Source: Synechococcus sp. (GTDB lineage Bacteria; Cyanobacteriota; Cyanobacteriia; PCC-6307; Cyanobiaceae). From it: DNA of 64,000 nucleotides. A program made the translations under genes and the position numbers. The DNA lies in contig JBJBEO010000001.1 in assembly GCA_047284725.1 (NCBI GenBank), forward strand, positions 1,304,203 through 1,368,202, read 5' to 3'. Positions 20,459 through 31,735 of this stretch are shown here, in pieces; positions within the stretch are counted from its first letter, which is position 1; each line of letters opens with the position of its first letter. Under the pieces are notes generated by a model that ran no database searches, had not been told where the DNA came from, and saw nothing but the letters and a program-made list of their open reading frames with translations.

Positions 20459-21472
20459 TCAGAGCAGTGTCAGGCTGGCGCGTTTCGTGTCAAGTACAGC
20501 CCGGCGTCCAAGCGGCAGAGCCATGTTGGGTCGTCCATGACCCACCGGAAGATCGAGGAGAACAGGAATGCCAAGATCTCCCAGCCGCTCTTCCAGCACC
20601 TCCTCCATGCTGAAGTCACCGGGGAGGATGTCGTCTTCGGCCCAGGAGAAACGACCACAGCCGATGCCGACCACCGCCTTGAGCAAGCCAGCACTGCGCC
20701 ACTGGGTCAGCATGCGGTCAACGCGATAGGGAGCTTCACCCACGTCTTCCAGAACCAGGACAGCCCCGCGCAGATCAGGGAACCAGGGTGTGCCGATCAG
20801 ATGCGTCGCGACGGTGAGATTGGTGACCACCAGTGGGCCCGACACCCGACTCAGCTGAGAAGCCCTCACGCTCCTGAGAGCAGTGCCCTTCAAGGGAGCC
20901 ACAGGACGACCCGTGAGCAGGTCCACCGTGCGTTGCCACTGACGGTCATCGCCGCCGCTGGACCCATGAACGGCGCCCTGCAAGCCTGCCGCCCATTGCG
21001 CCAGCAACAGGGAACTGGTGTCAGAAAAACCCAGACACCACTTGGCTCGCCGCGGAAAACGGAATCCAGCCTCCAGCACCCTGGCACCTCCCCAGCCCCC
21101 TCCCAGGGTGATCACTGCATCAACCGAGGGATCCAGCCAGGCCTTCTGAAGGTCCGCCACGCGATCTCGATCGCGTGCGGAGAAATACCGCCACTGACCC
21201 TTGACACTGCCTGGCACCTCCAACGTCCAGCCCTCCAGTGCACAACGTTGCTGCAGCACTGTGAAATCGGTCTCAGGATCCATCCAGGTGCCGGGATTCA
21301 CCGCCCTCAGATGGGCACCACGGCGCAGTGGAGCCGGTGCGGTGACAGAAGCAGTGCGTGAACCGGCCAGGCCCGGTGTGGTGGTCCACCCCGCCAGGGC
21401 CGCGGTCGCAAAGCCAGCCACTCCTCCCTTGAAGAGGTCTCGCCGGGACAGGAAAGGGGAGCCATCAGGCAC
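20459..21472 (-). CDS. LD-carboxypeptidase (peptidase S66) with Tat signal
   Basis: SRRDLFK Tat motif, GGWG, GFSD (Ser), LEDVGEAPYRVDRML (Glu), GHG (His). Confidence 0.9.
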   Translation of the reverse strand: MPDGSPFLSRRDLFKGGVAGFATAALAGWTTTPGLAGSRTASVTAPAPLRRGAHLRAVNPGTWMDPETDFTVLQQRCALEGWTLEVPGSVKGQWRYFSARDRDRVADLQKAWLDPSVDAVITLGGGWGGARVLEAGFRFPRRAKWCLGFSDTSSLLLAQWAAGLQGAVHGSSGGDDRQWQRTVDLLTGRPVAPLKGTALRSVRASQLSRVSGPLVVTNLTVATHLIGTPWFPDLRGAVLVLEDVGEAPYRVDRMLTQWRSAGLLKAVVGIGCGRFSWAEDDILPGDFSMEEVLEERLGDLGIPVLLDLPVGHGRPNMALPLGRRAVLDTKRASLTLL

Positions 21473-21534
21473 CTCTCAACGCCTCCACAAGCGTGACTTC
21501 CCGCATTGTGAAGGCGATGCAGGACAACGACGCA

Positions 21535-22188
21535 TCAGGCGATCAGAGCTTGAATCAACGACTGGCCATCAATTCCACCGGTGGTGGCATCACAGGCCCT
21601 CTCGGGATGCGGCATCAAGCCCAACACATTGCCGGACGGATTGGTGATTCCAGCGATATCCGCAACTGAGCCATTGGGGTTGTTGAGGTAGCGGAAGGCA
21701 ATGGCATCGTCATCCTGAAGTTGCTTCAGGGTGTCATCCGTGCACTGGTAACGACCTTCACCATGGGCAATGGGGAGCGTCAGTCGCTCTCCAGCCTGAC
21801 GACCCTGCATCCAGGCCGTGCGGCCTGAAGCGACTTCAAGCGGGGCATCTTCACAGATGAAGTGAAGATTGCGGTTGCGCGTCAAGGCACCGGGTAGCAA
21901 GCCCAGTTCCGTGAGCACCTGGAAGCCATTGCAAATGCCGAGCACCCGACCACCTTGACCGGCGAAGTCGATCAGTGACTCGAGCACAGGCGCAAAGCGT
22001 GCGATGGCGCCACAACGCAGATAGTCGCCGTAACTGAACCCCCCCGGAAGCACCACCGCATCCAGACCACGGAGATCCCGTTCCTCATGCCAGAGGTAGC
22101 GGGTGGGAATGCCAAGGCAGCCTTCACTCGCCCAGCGCACATCCCGGTCGCAATTGGAACCGGGGAAAACGACCACTCCGACGCTCAT
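21535..22188 (-). CDS. purQ: FGAM synthase glutaminase subunit
   Basis: [40 protein letters not shown]. Confidence 0.98.
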   Translation of the reverse strand: MSVGVVVFPGSNCDRDVRWASEGCLGIPTRYLWHEERDLRGLDAVVLPGGFSYGDYLRCGAIARFAPVLESLIDFAGQGGRVLGICNGFQVLTELGLLPGALTRNRNLHFICEDAPLEVASGRTAWMQGRQAGERLTLPIAHGEGRYQCTDDTLKQLQDDDAIAFRYLNNPNGSVADIAGITNPSGNVLGLMPHPERACDATTGGIDGQSLIQALIA

Positions 22189-22439
22189 GCCTGCTGAAGC
22201 TCCAGAGTCCAGTTTTCGATCACGGGATTGGCCAGGAGGCGATCGCTGAGCAGTTCAAGACGGCGACGAGCTTCCTGTTCATCAGGAGCATCAAGCTCCA
22301 GCTCCACCGCCTTGCCGATACGCAGTTTGCTCACACCATCGACGCCAAGCCGGGATGCCGCAGAACGGGTGGCCTCACCAGCCGGGTCGAGCACCGACGG
22401 GCGCAGGTTCACCAATACGCGGGCTTGATAACGCGGCAC
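22185..22439 (-). CDS. purS: FGAM synthase subunit PurS
   Basis: [29 protein letters not shown] at 22439 gives 84 aa. ATGA overlap with purQ. Confidence 0.95.
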   Translation of the reverse strand: MPRYQARVLVNLRPSVLDPAGEATRSAASRLGVDGVSKLRIGKAVELELDAPDEQEARRRLELLSDRLLANPVIENWTLELQQA

Positions 22440-22533
22440 GGTCACCTCGCAGGAATTGTTAAATCTTGGCAGGCCGAGGCACCCGGCCCTGGCCATCACA
22501 TGCACGTTGAAGACAGGCCTGGTGCTTGTCTTG

Positions 22534-22896
22534 ATGCAGTGCTCCATCCCAACGATCCGAGCAGTGGCACTGATGGTTGCGCTGGGATCGGCAACCTTCG
22601 AGATCGATGCTGGACAGGCACGTACGCGAAACCAACGGGCTGAAACCATTGAGCTGGAGTGCCGGCTGGAGAACGGTGGCTGGCAGCCTTGCGAAATGGG
22701 CATCATTCGCATCGGGCAGGAATGGTGGATCGAACTCGACAACAAACGCATCCGTTTCGAGCATGACGGCAGCGGGCAGGTTCGGATGCAACCAACCAGT
22801 GGAGCAGCCTGGGTCCCAGTCGTTGCCAGCTGGGCGGCCGATCAGGTGCTCTGCTGGGGCAGTGTCTGCGCCCGGGGATCCCTCCCGCTGGATTGA
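22534..22896 (+). CDS. Putative exported Cys/Trp-rich hypothetical protein
   Basis: Signal-like N-terminus, ECRL..G.WQPC and LCWGSVCA motifs. Start uncertain. Confidence 0.6.
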   Translation: MQCSIPTIRAVALMVALGSATFEIDAGQARTRNQRAETIELECRLENGGWQPCEMGIIRIGQEWWIELDNKRIRFEHDGSGQVRMQPTSGAAWVPVVASWAADQVLCWGSVCARGSLPLD

Positions 22897-22906
22897 CCCC
22901 TGAGCG

Positions 22907-22944
22907 CAGACCTCCAGCTCAGACCTCCAGCTCAGACCTCAGGC
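22907..22944. repeat. 13-bp tandem repeat (CAGACCTCCAGCT x2 plus a partial copy) at the SDR stop codon
   Basis: Read directly: 22907-22919, 22920-22932, then CAGACCTC. Confidence 0.8.
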
Positions 22945-23651
22945 AAACAACTCACAGCCAATTCAAAGGGCACGGCCTCTCGAGGCAGCTCCAGCAAGCG
23001 CGATGACAAGGCCGCCAGATCCTGTGGCTGGGTCATGGCCTCTGGCGCGATCGGGCTGATCGTCTTCACCATGTCTGTATTCACCCAGCCAGGACAAAGG
23101 GCCGTGACGCGGATTCCCTTCTCCCAACCCTCGTTACGCATGGTCTGACACAAACCCATCAAGGCGAATTTGCTGGTCACATAGCCGGCCCATCGGCCCT
23201 TGCTCCGCTTTCCACTCATCGACACCAGCACCTGGATGCGGCCATCACCATGGGCAACAAGCTGATGCCAGGCCGCCCGTGTTAACCACCATGGCCCCAT
23301 CACATTGATGCGGAAGAGCTGATCAGGCTCATAGCTCTGATCATCCCCAAACAGCAAAGGGGTGGGCAACCAAATGCCGGCACTGTGGATCAGGCTGTCA
23401 AAACCACCAAACCAGTCCTGAGCCGCTGCGACCCAGCGATCCGCTGCACCAGGATCATTGGCGTCGTAATCCAGCACGTGAATGCGATCAGTTCCTGCGA
23501 TGGCGGGATCCAGGCATGTTCCCCTGAGCACCTCCGGCTGGCGCAGACCAAGGCTGAGGCGATGACCCTCATGAAGGGCACGCTCGGCGATCGCGCGGCC
23601 GATCCCTCGCGACGCGCCGCTGATCAGCAGAGTGCGTGGTGCGGTCATCAC
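22932..23651 (-). CDS. Short-chain dehydrogenase/reductase
   Basis: ISGASRGIG, SAG, YVTSK (YxxxK), CPGWVNTDM. Confidence 0.93.
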   Translation of the reverse strand: MMTAPRTLLISGASRGIGRAIAERALHEGHRLSLGLRQPEVLRGTCLDPAIAGTDRIHVLDYDANDPGAADRWVAAAQDWFGGFDSLIHSAGIWLPTPLLFGDDQSYEPDQLFRINVMGPWWLTRAAWHQLVAHGDGRIQVLVSMSGKRSKGRWAGYVTSKFALMGLCQTMRNEGWEKGIRVTALCPGWVNTDMVKTISPIAPEAMTQPQDLAALSSRLLELPREAVPFELAVSCLPEV

Positions 23652-23796
23652 TCAAGGTCACCTCATCAAAAGTGTGGACTGTCCAGGAATGAGGGTCCAC
23701 GCCTTTCCTTCATCGGACGACATGGCTCGGCAACACCTTGATCGCCACCAGCCACTGTCAGCCAGGGGCCTCAACGCAAGACTGAAGCCTGGAACG

Positions 23797-24399
23797 ATGG
23801 CCGATCCAGCAATGCAGGACAACCGCCCCAAGCTCCACGACGCTTTCCAAGGATGGAACTTGCATTGGCAGGGCCTGCTGTCGAATCAGCAAGGAGAATG
23901 GTGGCTGGTCGTCCAGGTGGCGCTGATCGTGGCGGTCCTGGCTGTGCCGGGCTGGCCCAGCCCTACAGCACTCCCCCTGAGCGGCTTCAGCACCTGGCCT
24001 GTTCAGCTGTTGGGTGGAGGCCTCCTGATCGCAGGCCTTCTGCTCGCTGGCGCGGCATTCCTCAGCCTCGGAGCGAACTTGTCCCCTCTGCCGGACCCCA
24101 AACCCGGAAGTTCTCTGGTGTGCCAAGGCCCCTACCAGCTCTGCCGCCATCCGATGTATCTGGCTGTGTTGATCTGCGCTGCAGGGGTGATGCTGATGCG
24201 ACTCAGCGGTGTGCATGTGCTCCTGCTGATCCTGATGGCTCTGACGCTGCGTGGCAAAGCCAGACGGGAAGAAAGGGGCTTGCTGAAAAGAGATCCCGAG
24301 TACGCAACGCTGTTTCAGGGCTCAGTGGCCATTTCACTCTGGATCCCAGGCCTGAACTGGCCGCTGACACAACGACAAGAACGATCAGACATCGCATAG
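23797..24399 (+). CDS. Isoprenylcysteine carboxyl/phospholipid methyltransferase family membrane protein
   Basis: LV..GPY..CRHPMY, KARREE..L....EY. Start uncertain. Confidence 0.85.
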   Translation: MADPAMQDNRPKLHDAFQGWNLHWQGLLSNQQGEWWLVVQVALIVAVLAVPGWPSPTALPLSGFSTWPVQLLGGGLLIAGLLLAGAAFLSLGANLSPLPDPKPGSSLVCQGPYQLCRHPMYLAVLICAAGVMLMRLSGVHVLLLILMALTLRGKARREERGLLKRDPEYATLFQGSVAISLWIPGLNWPLTQRQERSDIA

Positions 24400-24488
24400 G
24401 AGACCCGGGGTCGGACAGAGAACTGGCTTTTCTTTTAAGGAGCGAAAAAAACAATCCGTAGTTTTCGGGATCTTTATCTGTGTGATCG

Positions 24489-25112
24489 ATGCCGACACGA
24501 CCCTTCCTGCTGGGCCTTGCCGTGCTGTCGACATCCATGGGGATGCCGTTGGTGGGTCAGGCACAAACCCTGAAGGAAGCGCTCGCATCCGTCACCCTTG
24601 CGCGTGCAAGCCATTCGGTCACGCCACCGCGCAGTGCAACCCCCCAAGAGCTCCTGGCCAGGTTGCAGGGTCTCGGTGAATCGGTGCTGGTGCTGCAGCG
24701 CACCGACCGTCGGCTGGCTGGCACCGGGGATCCGATCTGGGATTTGCGTATCGAAATTCCAGGCGAACCGATTCGCCGCTATGACGCGGTCAGCGGGCGC
24801 GCCAATCGCCAGAACGCCGACCGCGACCAGATGGGCAGCCGCGCACCATTACCTACAGGTCATTACACCCTGGGCGTTGTTGAATCCCTGGCAGTGGGTG
24901 CTTATCCAGAACTTGGGCCGGTCTGGATCAGCATTGAACCCAACTTCACAACAGGTCGCAGGGTGCTGGGAATCCATCAGGATCCCAGCGCAGGCCTCAA
25001 TGCCAACAGCGGCACGCTTGGCTGCATCGGCCTGATCCGGCGCACCGATGTTCTCGACCTGGCCCAACAGGTGCGGCGAGCCAAGATCAAAGCACTGGTG
25101 GTGACCCATTGA
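24489..25112 (+). CDS. Secreted L,D-transpeptidase-fold (YkuD/Tlde1-like) protein
   Basis: Signal peptide, AVSG, APLPTGHY, LGIHQDP...SGTLGCIGL (His/Cys catalytic motif). Confidence 0.75.
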   Translation: MPTRPFLLGLAVLSTSMGMPLVGQAQTLKEALASVTLARASHSVTPPRSATPQELLARLQGLGESVLVLQRTDRRLAGTGDPIWDLRIEIPGEPIRRYDAVSGRANRQNADRDQMGSRAPLPTGHYTLGVVESLAVGAYPELGPVWISIEPNFTTGRRVLGIHQDPSAGLNANSGTLGCIGLIRRTDVLDLAQQVRRAKIKALVVTH

Positions 25113-25195
25113 CACCATCCATGCAGCACCGCTGACCAGCTGATCCGGGCCAACCGCATCGTCTCTAGGGGGAGGCCATTGAAGAGGCCAAAGCC

Positions 25196-26250
<1,055 letters not shown>

Positions 26251-26251
<1 letters not shown>

Positions 26252-26796
26252 CAGCGGCAACCCAGGCTTTCACGGGTGGAAACGCCGGTGATGCTGTTGA
26301 CACCGTCCGCTCGGGCACAGAGGCCTTTGAGCTGGGGGAGATCGATCACGGCATTCGTGAAATCGGCACCATCGATTCTCGCGTCGTTGAACCGGCTCTG
26401 CATGAGCATGGCGTTGACGAAGCGAGAATCCCGCAAATCAGCATTGTCGAAACGGCTGGCAAAGGCCACCACCTCACCGAGGTCAGCTCTTTGCAAATCA
26501 GCCCCTTGCAGCAGAGACGTGTTGATCACTGCACCCCTGAGATCCGTGTCAGAGAGATTCACACCCTGAAGGTCAGCTTTGAGGAATTCCTTTTCTTTGA
26601 GATCCATGCCATGCATATCGGCACTGATGTCTTGCATCGCCCGTTGACCGCGCAATTCAGGAGCGGTGATCGCCTCGGCTTGATCGGGGGTGATGGTGAT
26701 CACCAACAGGAGCAGGCAAACAGGCATCACGACCCAGGACGCCCATTCCCGCAGGAACTGAAGCCCGCGTGAGGCGCGAGAGGGGAAGCAGGGCAT
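26251..26796 (-). CDS. Pentapeptide-repeat (thylakoid lumen-type) protein
   Basis: Signal/TM helix followed by A(D/N)Lxx repeats and LC..A.G.N..TGV.TRESLGC. TGATG overlap with cobW. Start uncertain. Confidence 0.88.
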
Positions 26797-26889
26797 GGTG
26801 TGTTTGAAACGCAAACGGCTGAGGAGGGCTGACCAACTGCCGTAGTTTGAGCAGCCACGTTATGGCAGCTCCAAGCCAAACCACGCGAC

Positions 26890-27516
26890 ATGGCCAAGAC
26901 CCTGAGGGTGGTGGTTCCCCCCCATCCCCTGATTGCCCACTGGCTCACGGTGCTGCGCCATGCCGGCACACCCCCGGCCCTCTATGCCACAGGCATGGAG
27001 GAACTGGGTCGTTGGCTGAGCTACGAAGCGGTGCGTGACTGGCTCCCCCATCGACGCGAATCCGTGTGCACCCCCCTGCAGGACACCGAAGGTGATGTGA
27101 TCGAATCATCCGTGGCCTTACTCACCATTCCAGTGCTTCCAGGCGGATTGGCGCTCTGGCAGGGGGCACGCCAGGTGCTTCCCAATGCCCAGCTCTGCCT
27201 GGACGGAGTACCGCAGGCGATTGAGTCCCAGGCTGGCGTGGTGCTGTTTCTGGATCAGATCAGCGATGGCGTCCACCTGATGCAGAGGCTGAAACAACTG
27301 CATGACGCTGGCGTTGACGATTGGCGCAGGTTGCGGGTAATCACAGCCGTGGCCGCCAGTCCGGGGCTGAAGCACATCGGTGAGCAACTGCCTGATCTCA
27401 CCATCCACACCGCCTGCATTGACGAAAGCCTGGATGACCAGGGCAGGGTCCTTCCCGGCATTGGTGAACCGGTGCAGCGAATGCAGATCAGAACCGGCAC
27501 AACCTCACTAGCCTGA
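26890..27516 (+). CDS. upp: Uracil phosphoribosyltransferase homolog (divergent active site)
   Basis: HPLIAHWLTVLR, ELGRWLSYEA.R.WLP, TPL, I.TACIDE.L..G..LPGIG. Confidence 0.8.
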   Translation: MAKTLRVVVPPHPLIAHWLTVLRHAGTPPALYATGMEELGRWLSYEAVRDWLPHRRESVCTPLQDTEGDVIESSVALLTIPVLPGGLALWQGARQVLPNAQLCLDGVPQAIESQAGVVLFLDQISDGVHLMQRLKQLHDAGVDDWRRLRVITAVAASPGLKHIGEQLPDLTIHTACIDESLDDQGRVLPGIGEPVQRMQIRTGTTSLA

Positions 27517-27535
27517 AATCATCAGCCCTCTCCCC

Positions 27536-27823
27536 ATGGCGCAGCGCGAGACCGCATCTGGCACCTTGGCCACTCTGGTGAGTGGAGCCGTGCTGGGGGC
27601 GGCGGGATTGGCCTGGTGGCTGCTGTCTGAGGCGGAACGCAGGCAACGCAGCCAGCGGCAACGCTCCATGCTGTACGCACCGCGTCTTCAGGATGGCAGC
27701 GAGGCATTCGACGCCACCGAGAAGGCGGGGCAGGGCGAGCAGCTTGAAGATCGCGTCGAAAAACTGAATGCCGCCATCGCCGATGTGCGCAAGCAACTGG
27801 AGGATCTAGGCGCGAGAACCTGA
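27536..27823 (+). CDS. Small membrane-anchored coiled-coil hypothetical protein
   Basis: [16 protein letters not shown] helix and [19 protein letters not shown] coiled coil. Confidence 0.75.
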   Translation: MAQRETASGTLATLVSGAVLGAAGLAWWLLSEAERRQRSQRQRSMLYAPRLQDGSEAFDATEKAGQGEQLEDRVEKLNAAIADVRKQLEDLGART

Positions 27824-27885
27824 AGCTTCACGCCCCCCCGTCGGTAGGTTGGCGCCAGTCATTCACCGGCCACCGGCTGCCATCG

Positions 27886-29556
27886 ATGCTCCGCTCCGAC
27901 GCCGTCACGCAGGGAATTCAGCGCTCCCCCAACCGAGCAATGCTGCGGGCCGTCGGTTTTGGTGACCAAGATTTTGGGAAGCCGATCATCGGCATCGCCA
28001 ACGGTTACAGCACCATCACGCCCTGCAACGTCGGTTTGAACGACCTGGCGATGCGGGCCGAGGCAGCAGCCCGTCAAGCCGGAGGCATGCCTCAGACATT
28101 CGGCACCATCACCGTCAGCGACGGGATCTCGATGGGAACCGAGGGGATGAAGTATTCCCTGGTGAGCCGGGAAGTGATTGCGGATGCAATTGAAACGGCA
28201 TGCAACGGCCAGAGCATGGATGGCGTTCTGGCTGTCGGAGGTTGCGACAAAAACATGCCCGGCGCCATGTTGGCCATGGCACGCATGAATATCCCCTCGA
28301 TCTTCGTGTATGGCGGCACGATCAAACCCGGCAAGCTTGGTGGTTGTGACCTCACGGTGGTGAGTGCGTTTGAAGCCGTCGGCCAGATCACCAGCGGCAA
28401 GATCGACGAAGAGCAGCTCACAGCGATTGAGAAAAATGCCTGCCCCGGGGCAGGCAGCTGCGGTGGCATGTTCACCGCCAACACGATGAGCGCAGCCATT
28501 GAGACCCTGGGCCTGAGCCTTCCCTACAGCTCGACCATGGCCGCGGAGGATGCGGAAAAGGCCGACAGCGCTGCCCGTTCAGCGGAGGTCTTGGTCGATG
28601 CAATCAAAGCCGACATCCGCCCTCTGGATCTGCTCACCAAGGAAGCGTTTGAGAACGCGATCAGCGTGATCATGGCGGTGGGGGGATCCACCAATTCCGT
28701 GCTCCACCTGCTTGCCATCGCCCGCACCGCAGGAGTGGACCTGAGCATCGACGATTTCGAGCGCATCCGTCAGCGCGTGCCGGTGATCTGCGATCTCAAA
28801 CCCAGCGGTCGATTCGTCACCGTGGATCTGCACCAGGCCGGAGGGATTCCACAGGTGATGAAACTTCTGCTGGATGCAGGCCTTCTCCACGGCAACTGCC
28901 GCACGATCGAGGGCAAAACCCTGCGCGAGCTGCTGGCTGACATCCCCTCGGAACCGCCAGCCGACCAGGAGGTGATCAGGCCCCTCTCCAATCCGCTCTA
29001 CGCCAAGGGGCATCTGGCGATCCTCAAAGGCAACCTGGCGGAGCAGGGGGCTGTGGCCAAGATCAGCGGCGTCAAGAATCCCTCGATCACCGGGCCGGCG
29101 AGGGTGTTTGAAAGCGAGGAAACCTGCCTGGCGGCGATTCTCGATAACCAGGTCAAGGCGGGGGATGTGGTGGTTGTCCGCAATGAAGGACCGGTCGGGG
29201 GGCCAGGGATGCGGGAAATGCTCAGCCCCACATCCGCGATTGTTGGCCAGGGTCTACTCGACAAGGTGGCTCTTATCACCGATGGCCGCTTTTCAGGGGG
29301 GTCCTACGGCCTGGTGATCGGGCATGTTGCACCGGAGGCGGCAGTCGGAGGAACCATCGGTTTGATCCAGGAAGGAGACAGCATCACCGTTGACGCCAAC
29401 CAGCTCTTGCTGGAATTGAACGTGGATGAAACGGAACTGGAGCGTCGCCGCAAGGCCTGGGTGCCAGCAACACCCAAGTACACCACGGGGATTCTTGGCA
29501 AATACGCCCGTTTGGTGTCCTGCGCCAGCGAAGGGGCCGTGACCGACCAACCCTGA
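27886..29556 (+). CDS. ilvD: Dihydroxy-acid dehydratase
   Basis: [45 protein letters not shown]. Confidence 0.98.
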   Translation: MLRSDAVTQGIQRSPNRAMLRAVGFGDQDFGKPIIGIANGYSTITPCNVGLNDLAMRAEAAARQAGGMPQTFGTITVSDGISMGTEGMKYSLVSREVIADAIETACNGQSMDGVLAVGGCDKNMPGAMLAMARMNIPSIFVYGGTIKPGKLGGCDLTVVSAFEAVGQITSGKIDEEQLTAIEKNACPGAGSCGGMFTANTMSAAIETLGLSLPYSSTMAAEDAEKADSAARSAEVLVDAIKADIRPLDLLTKEAFENAISVIMAVGGSTNSVLHLLAIARTAGVDLSIDDFERIRQRVPVICDLKPSGRFVTVDLHQAGGIPQVMKLLLDAGLLHGNCRTIEGKTLRELLADIPSEPPADQEVIRPLSNPLYAKGHLAILKGNLAEQGAVAKISGVKNPSITGPARVFESEETCLAAILDNQVKAGDVVVVRNEGPVGGPGMREMLSPTSAIVGQGLLDKVALITDGRFSGGSYGLVIGHVAPEAAVGGTIGLIQEGDSITVDANQLLLELNVDETELERRRKAWVPATPKYTTGILGKYARLVSCASEGAVTDQP

Positions 29557-29585
29557 GACGCACAGAGGCGCCCATCAGGCGTTCA

Positions 29586-29957
29586 TTACATCTCGAGCAT
29601 TTGACGCCAGAGCGTCCTGGCCCTGCCAGGGCAGCTGGCGAAGGCGTCTGCAAACAGATTCTCAAAAAATGCGAGTCCGATCGCTTTGTTGTTGAGGTCG
29701 ATTTGATCAATCGCCGAGGTATCAAGATCCTCGGCCACCAACGTGCTCATCATTCCCTTCTCAATCGCACTCTGCAGATCACTGCCAGCGCAATATTGGG
29801 CGGCTGAACTGGAGCCCATCGCTGCTGCAATGGTCTGGCGTTGCGAGTCATTCAGCGTTGATGCCGATGCAACAGGTCGCAGAGGCAACAGAGCAACGAT
29901 CACGGCGGCCAAGCCCACAGGCAACCACGTCTTCAAAGCCAAAACATCCAGCCACAC
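29586..29957 (-). CDS. Putative exported hypothetical protein
   Basis: Signal-peptide-like N-terminus and two Cys (QYC...SCP). Fills the intergenic space. Confidence 0.6.
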   Translation of the reverse strand: MWLDVLALKTWLPVGLAAVIVALLPLRPVASASTLNDSQRQTIAAAMGSSSAAQYCAGSDLQSAIEKGMMSTLVAEDLDTSAIDQIDLNNKAIGLAFFENLFADAFASCPGRARTLWRQMLEM

Positions 29958-29967
29958 AGCACTCCTG

Positions 29968-30426
29968 TCATAGCGGCGATTGCGCAGAGGGCCTCAACAA
30001 CGCTCTCAGTCGGCGACTCAGCGCTTCAAGAGGTGCAGCATCCATCGGCGGAGCACAACGCCGACCGCTGCCGGCATCCATCCAAACGGGATGCTGGCCT
30101 TGCCAAAGGAGAGGTCTCTCAGGCTGATGACACCAGGAAAGCATCAGGTTCACATCCGTGCCGCTGCGATAGATCTCCAGCTCAAGATCATCGTCAGCAC
30201 AACGGGCACCGCCAGGGTCACGGCATTCCAGCTTCAAGATCAAATCGTCACCGCGGTGAAAGGCCTCCACCAGCTCTGGCATGGGGTCTCCGTGCGCCGA
30301 ATCGGACGACCTAGCGATCACGGCATGGCGCAATGGCTTGCGGCAGACATCAGCTGCAGAGGCAATCAAGCCCGCCAGATCGACAACCTGATCGTCGCCG
30401 TCATCGATTCCTGCAAAAAGCATCAA
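29968..30426 (-). CDS. Conserved hypothetical protein
   Basis: CRKPLRHAV, LELEIYRSG.D.NL.L.W, PLLWQGQHPVWMD. Abuts the CIA30 gene. Confidence 0.7.
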   Translation of the reverse strand: MMLFAGIDDGDDQVVDLAGLIASAADVCRKPLRHAVIARSSDSAHGDPMPELVEAFHRGDDLILKLECRDPGGARCADDDLELEIYRSGTDVNLMLSWCHQPERPLLWQGQHPVWMDAGSGRRCAPPMDAAPLEALSRRLRALLRPSAQSPL

Positions 30427-31008
30427 TCAGAACGCTTCGATCGAACGCAGCAAAAGCCTGAACGAACCAGCACGAAATCCTTGATTGGCGTTTCCCCCCT
30501 CATCGAAGCGCGAATGCAGCACTTGCAGCCGGTTAATTGCAGAGCCATCAAACCGCATGGGCAGAGCCACCGGTCTGGCACGGATCACCGGTTTGAGATC
30601 CGCAAACAACACCTCCACTCTGGTGACGCCGTTCGGCTGGGTCGCCATCGGAGCAACCCAGCGGAGACCCCCTGGAATCAATTCCGTCAGGCCAAAAACC
30701 CCGTCACTGCAAGCCAGAGCCAACTTGAACGTTCGCCCCTCGCCATCGAGATGGAGTCGAAGACCTTGAAACGAGCTCAGATCAAGAGGGGGGCGATAGA
30801 TCGATGACCGGCAACTGACGAAACCACCGCCCTGTTCCACCACCTCCCCCTCCAGCCAAAGGCCCTCTTGAGACAGACGTGTTCCGGCACGACTCGACCC
30901 TCCCATGATCGTGTCGTTGAGACTTCCCCAGCCCTGGAATCCTTCACCTTCAATCAGCCATTGGGGACGTGACGTTTCAGGAGAACCCTCCACAGCTCTC
31001 TCCACCAT
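30427..31008 (-). CDS. CIA30 (complex I intermediate-associated) family protein
   Basis: W.SLNDTIMGGSS, GGGFVSCRS, GEGRTFK. Confidence 0.88.
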   Translation of the reverse strand: MVERAVEGSPETSRPQWLIEGEGFQGWGSLNDTIMGGSSRAGTRLSQEGLWLEGEVVEQGGGFVSCRSSIYRPPLDLSSFQGLRLHLDGEGRTFKLALACSDGVFGLTELIPGGLRWVAPMATQPNGVTRVEVLFADLKPVIRARPVALPMRFDGSAINRLQVLHSRFDEGGNANQGFRAGSFRLLLRSIEAF

Positions 31009-31727
31009 CAGAGGCCCGCATAAGCGGCTTCGTCGGTGAGCACCACAATCTCCGTGGATGGCTGTACAAGTCGAGCAGGGGTTCGCTTCTCAGACTCCTG
31101 GGGGTCGAGAAGACGACGAAGCGCATCGCGCTTGCTCTCACCACAGATCAAAAACACCACCTTCCGGGCAGCCGAGAGCACAGGTGCGGTCAGCGTGATG
31201 CGATCAAGCCCTTTGCCTCGACCAATGGTTGTCCAGCGATCCTTCACCTGAGGGGCATCGGTTCCTGGAAACAGCGATGCGGTGTGGCCATCATCGCCAA
31301 GCCCGAGCACCATCAGATCAAACACAGGCGGCTTGCCCGGACACAGCCGACAGACCAGCGATTCGAAGGCATCAGCACTGGCCTCGGGGCTCCCAACCTC
31401 AACGGTCGGCGCAGGGTGAAAACAGGCATGGGCACCTGGCGTCCCTGGCGCCAGCAATGTGGACCGCAACAGACGCGCATTGCTGGCCTCATCATCGGCA
31501 GAGACCCATCGCTCGTCGCCCAGCACAACATCAACGCGATCCCAGGGAAGGTGCTGTTGCGCAAGCAGGCTGTAAGCGCGTCCAGGGGTCGAACCACCCG
31601 AGAGCGCGATCTGAGCTCGATCACGCTGATCCAGGGCCAGGTCAATCGCCGTCGCCATTGTTTCGGCAGCACGACGGGCAAAATCGGCAGGATCAGAGGC
31701 ACACTCAAGTTTGTAAGTAGAGCTCAT
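31008..31727 (-). CDS. pgl: 6-phosphogluconolactonase
   Basis: IALSGGSTP, GDERWV, FDLMVLGLGDDGHTASLFP, RITLT. Confidence 0.97.
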   Translation of the reverse strand: MSSTYKLECASDPADFARRAAETMATAIDLALDQRDRAQIALSGGSTPGRAYSLLAQQHLPWDRVDVVLGDERWVSADDEASNARLLRSTLLAPGTPGAHACFHPAPTVEVGSPEASADAFESLVCRLCPGKPPVFDLMVLGLGDDGHTASLFPGTDAPQVKDRWTTIGRGKGLDRITLTAPVLSAARKVVFLICGESKRDALRRLLDPQESEKRTPARLVQPSTEIVVLTDEAAYAGL

Positions 31728-31735
31728 CGGTCACC

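Noticed and set aside
22440..22751. Long N-terminal extension on purS
   Set aside because: PurS is about 80-85 aa. GTG at 22439 gives the canonical protein, and the extension overlaps a divergent gene.
24400..24488. Possible tRNA or integration site in the AT-rich spacer
   Set aside because: No cloverleaf, T-loop consensus or att-like repeat. It looks like promoter DNA.
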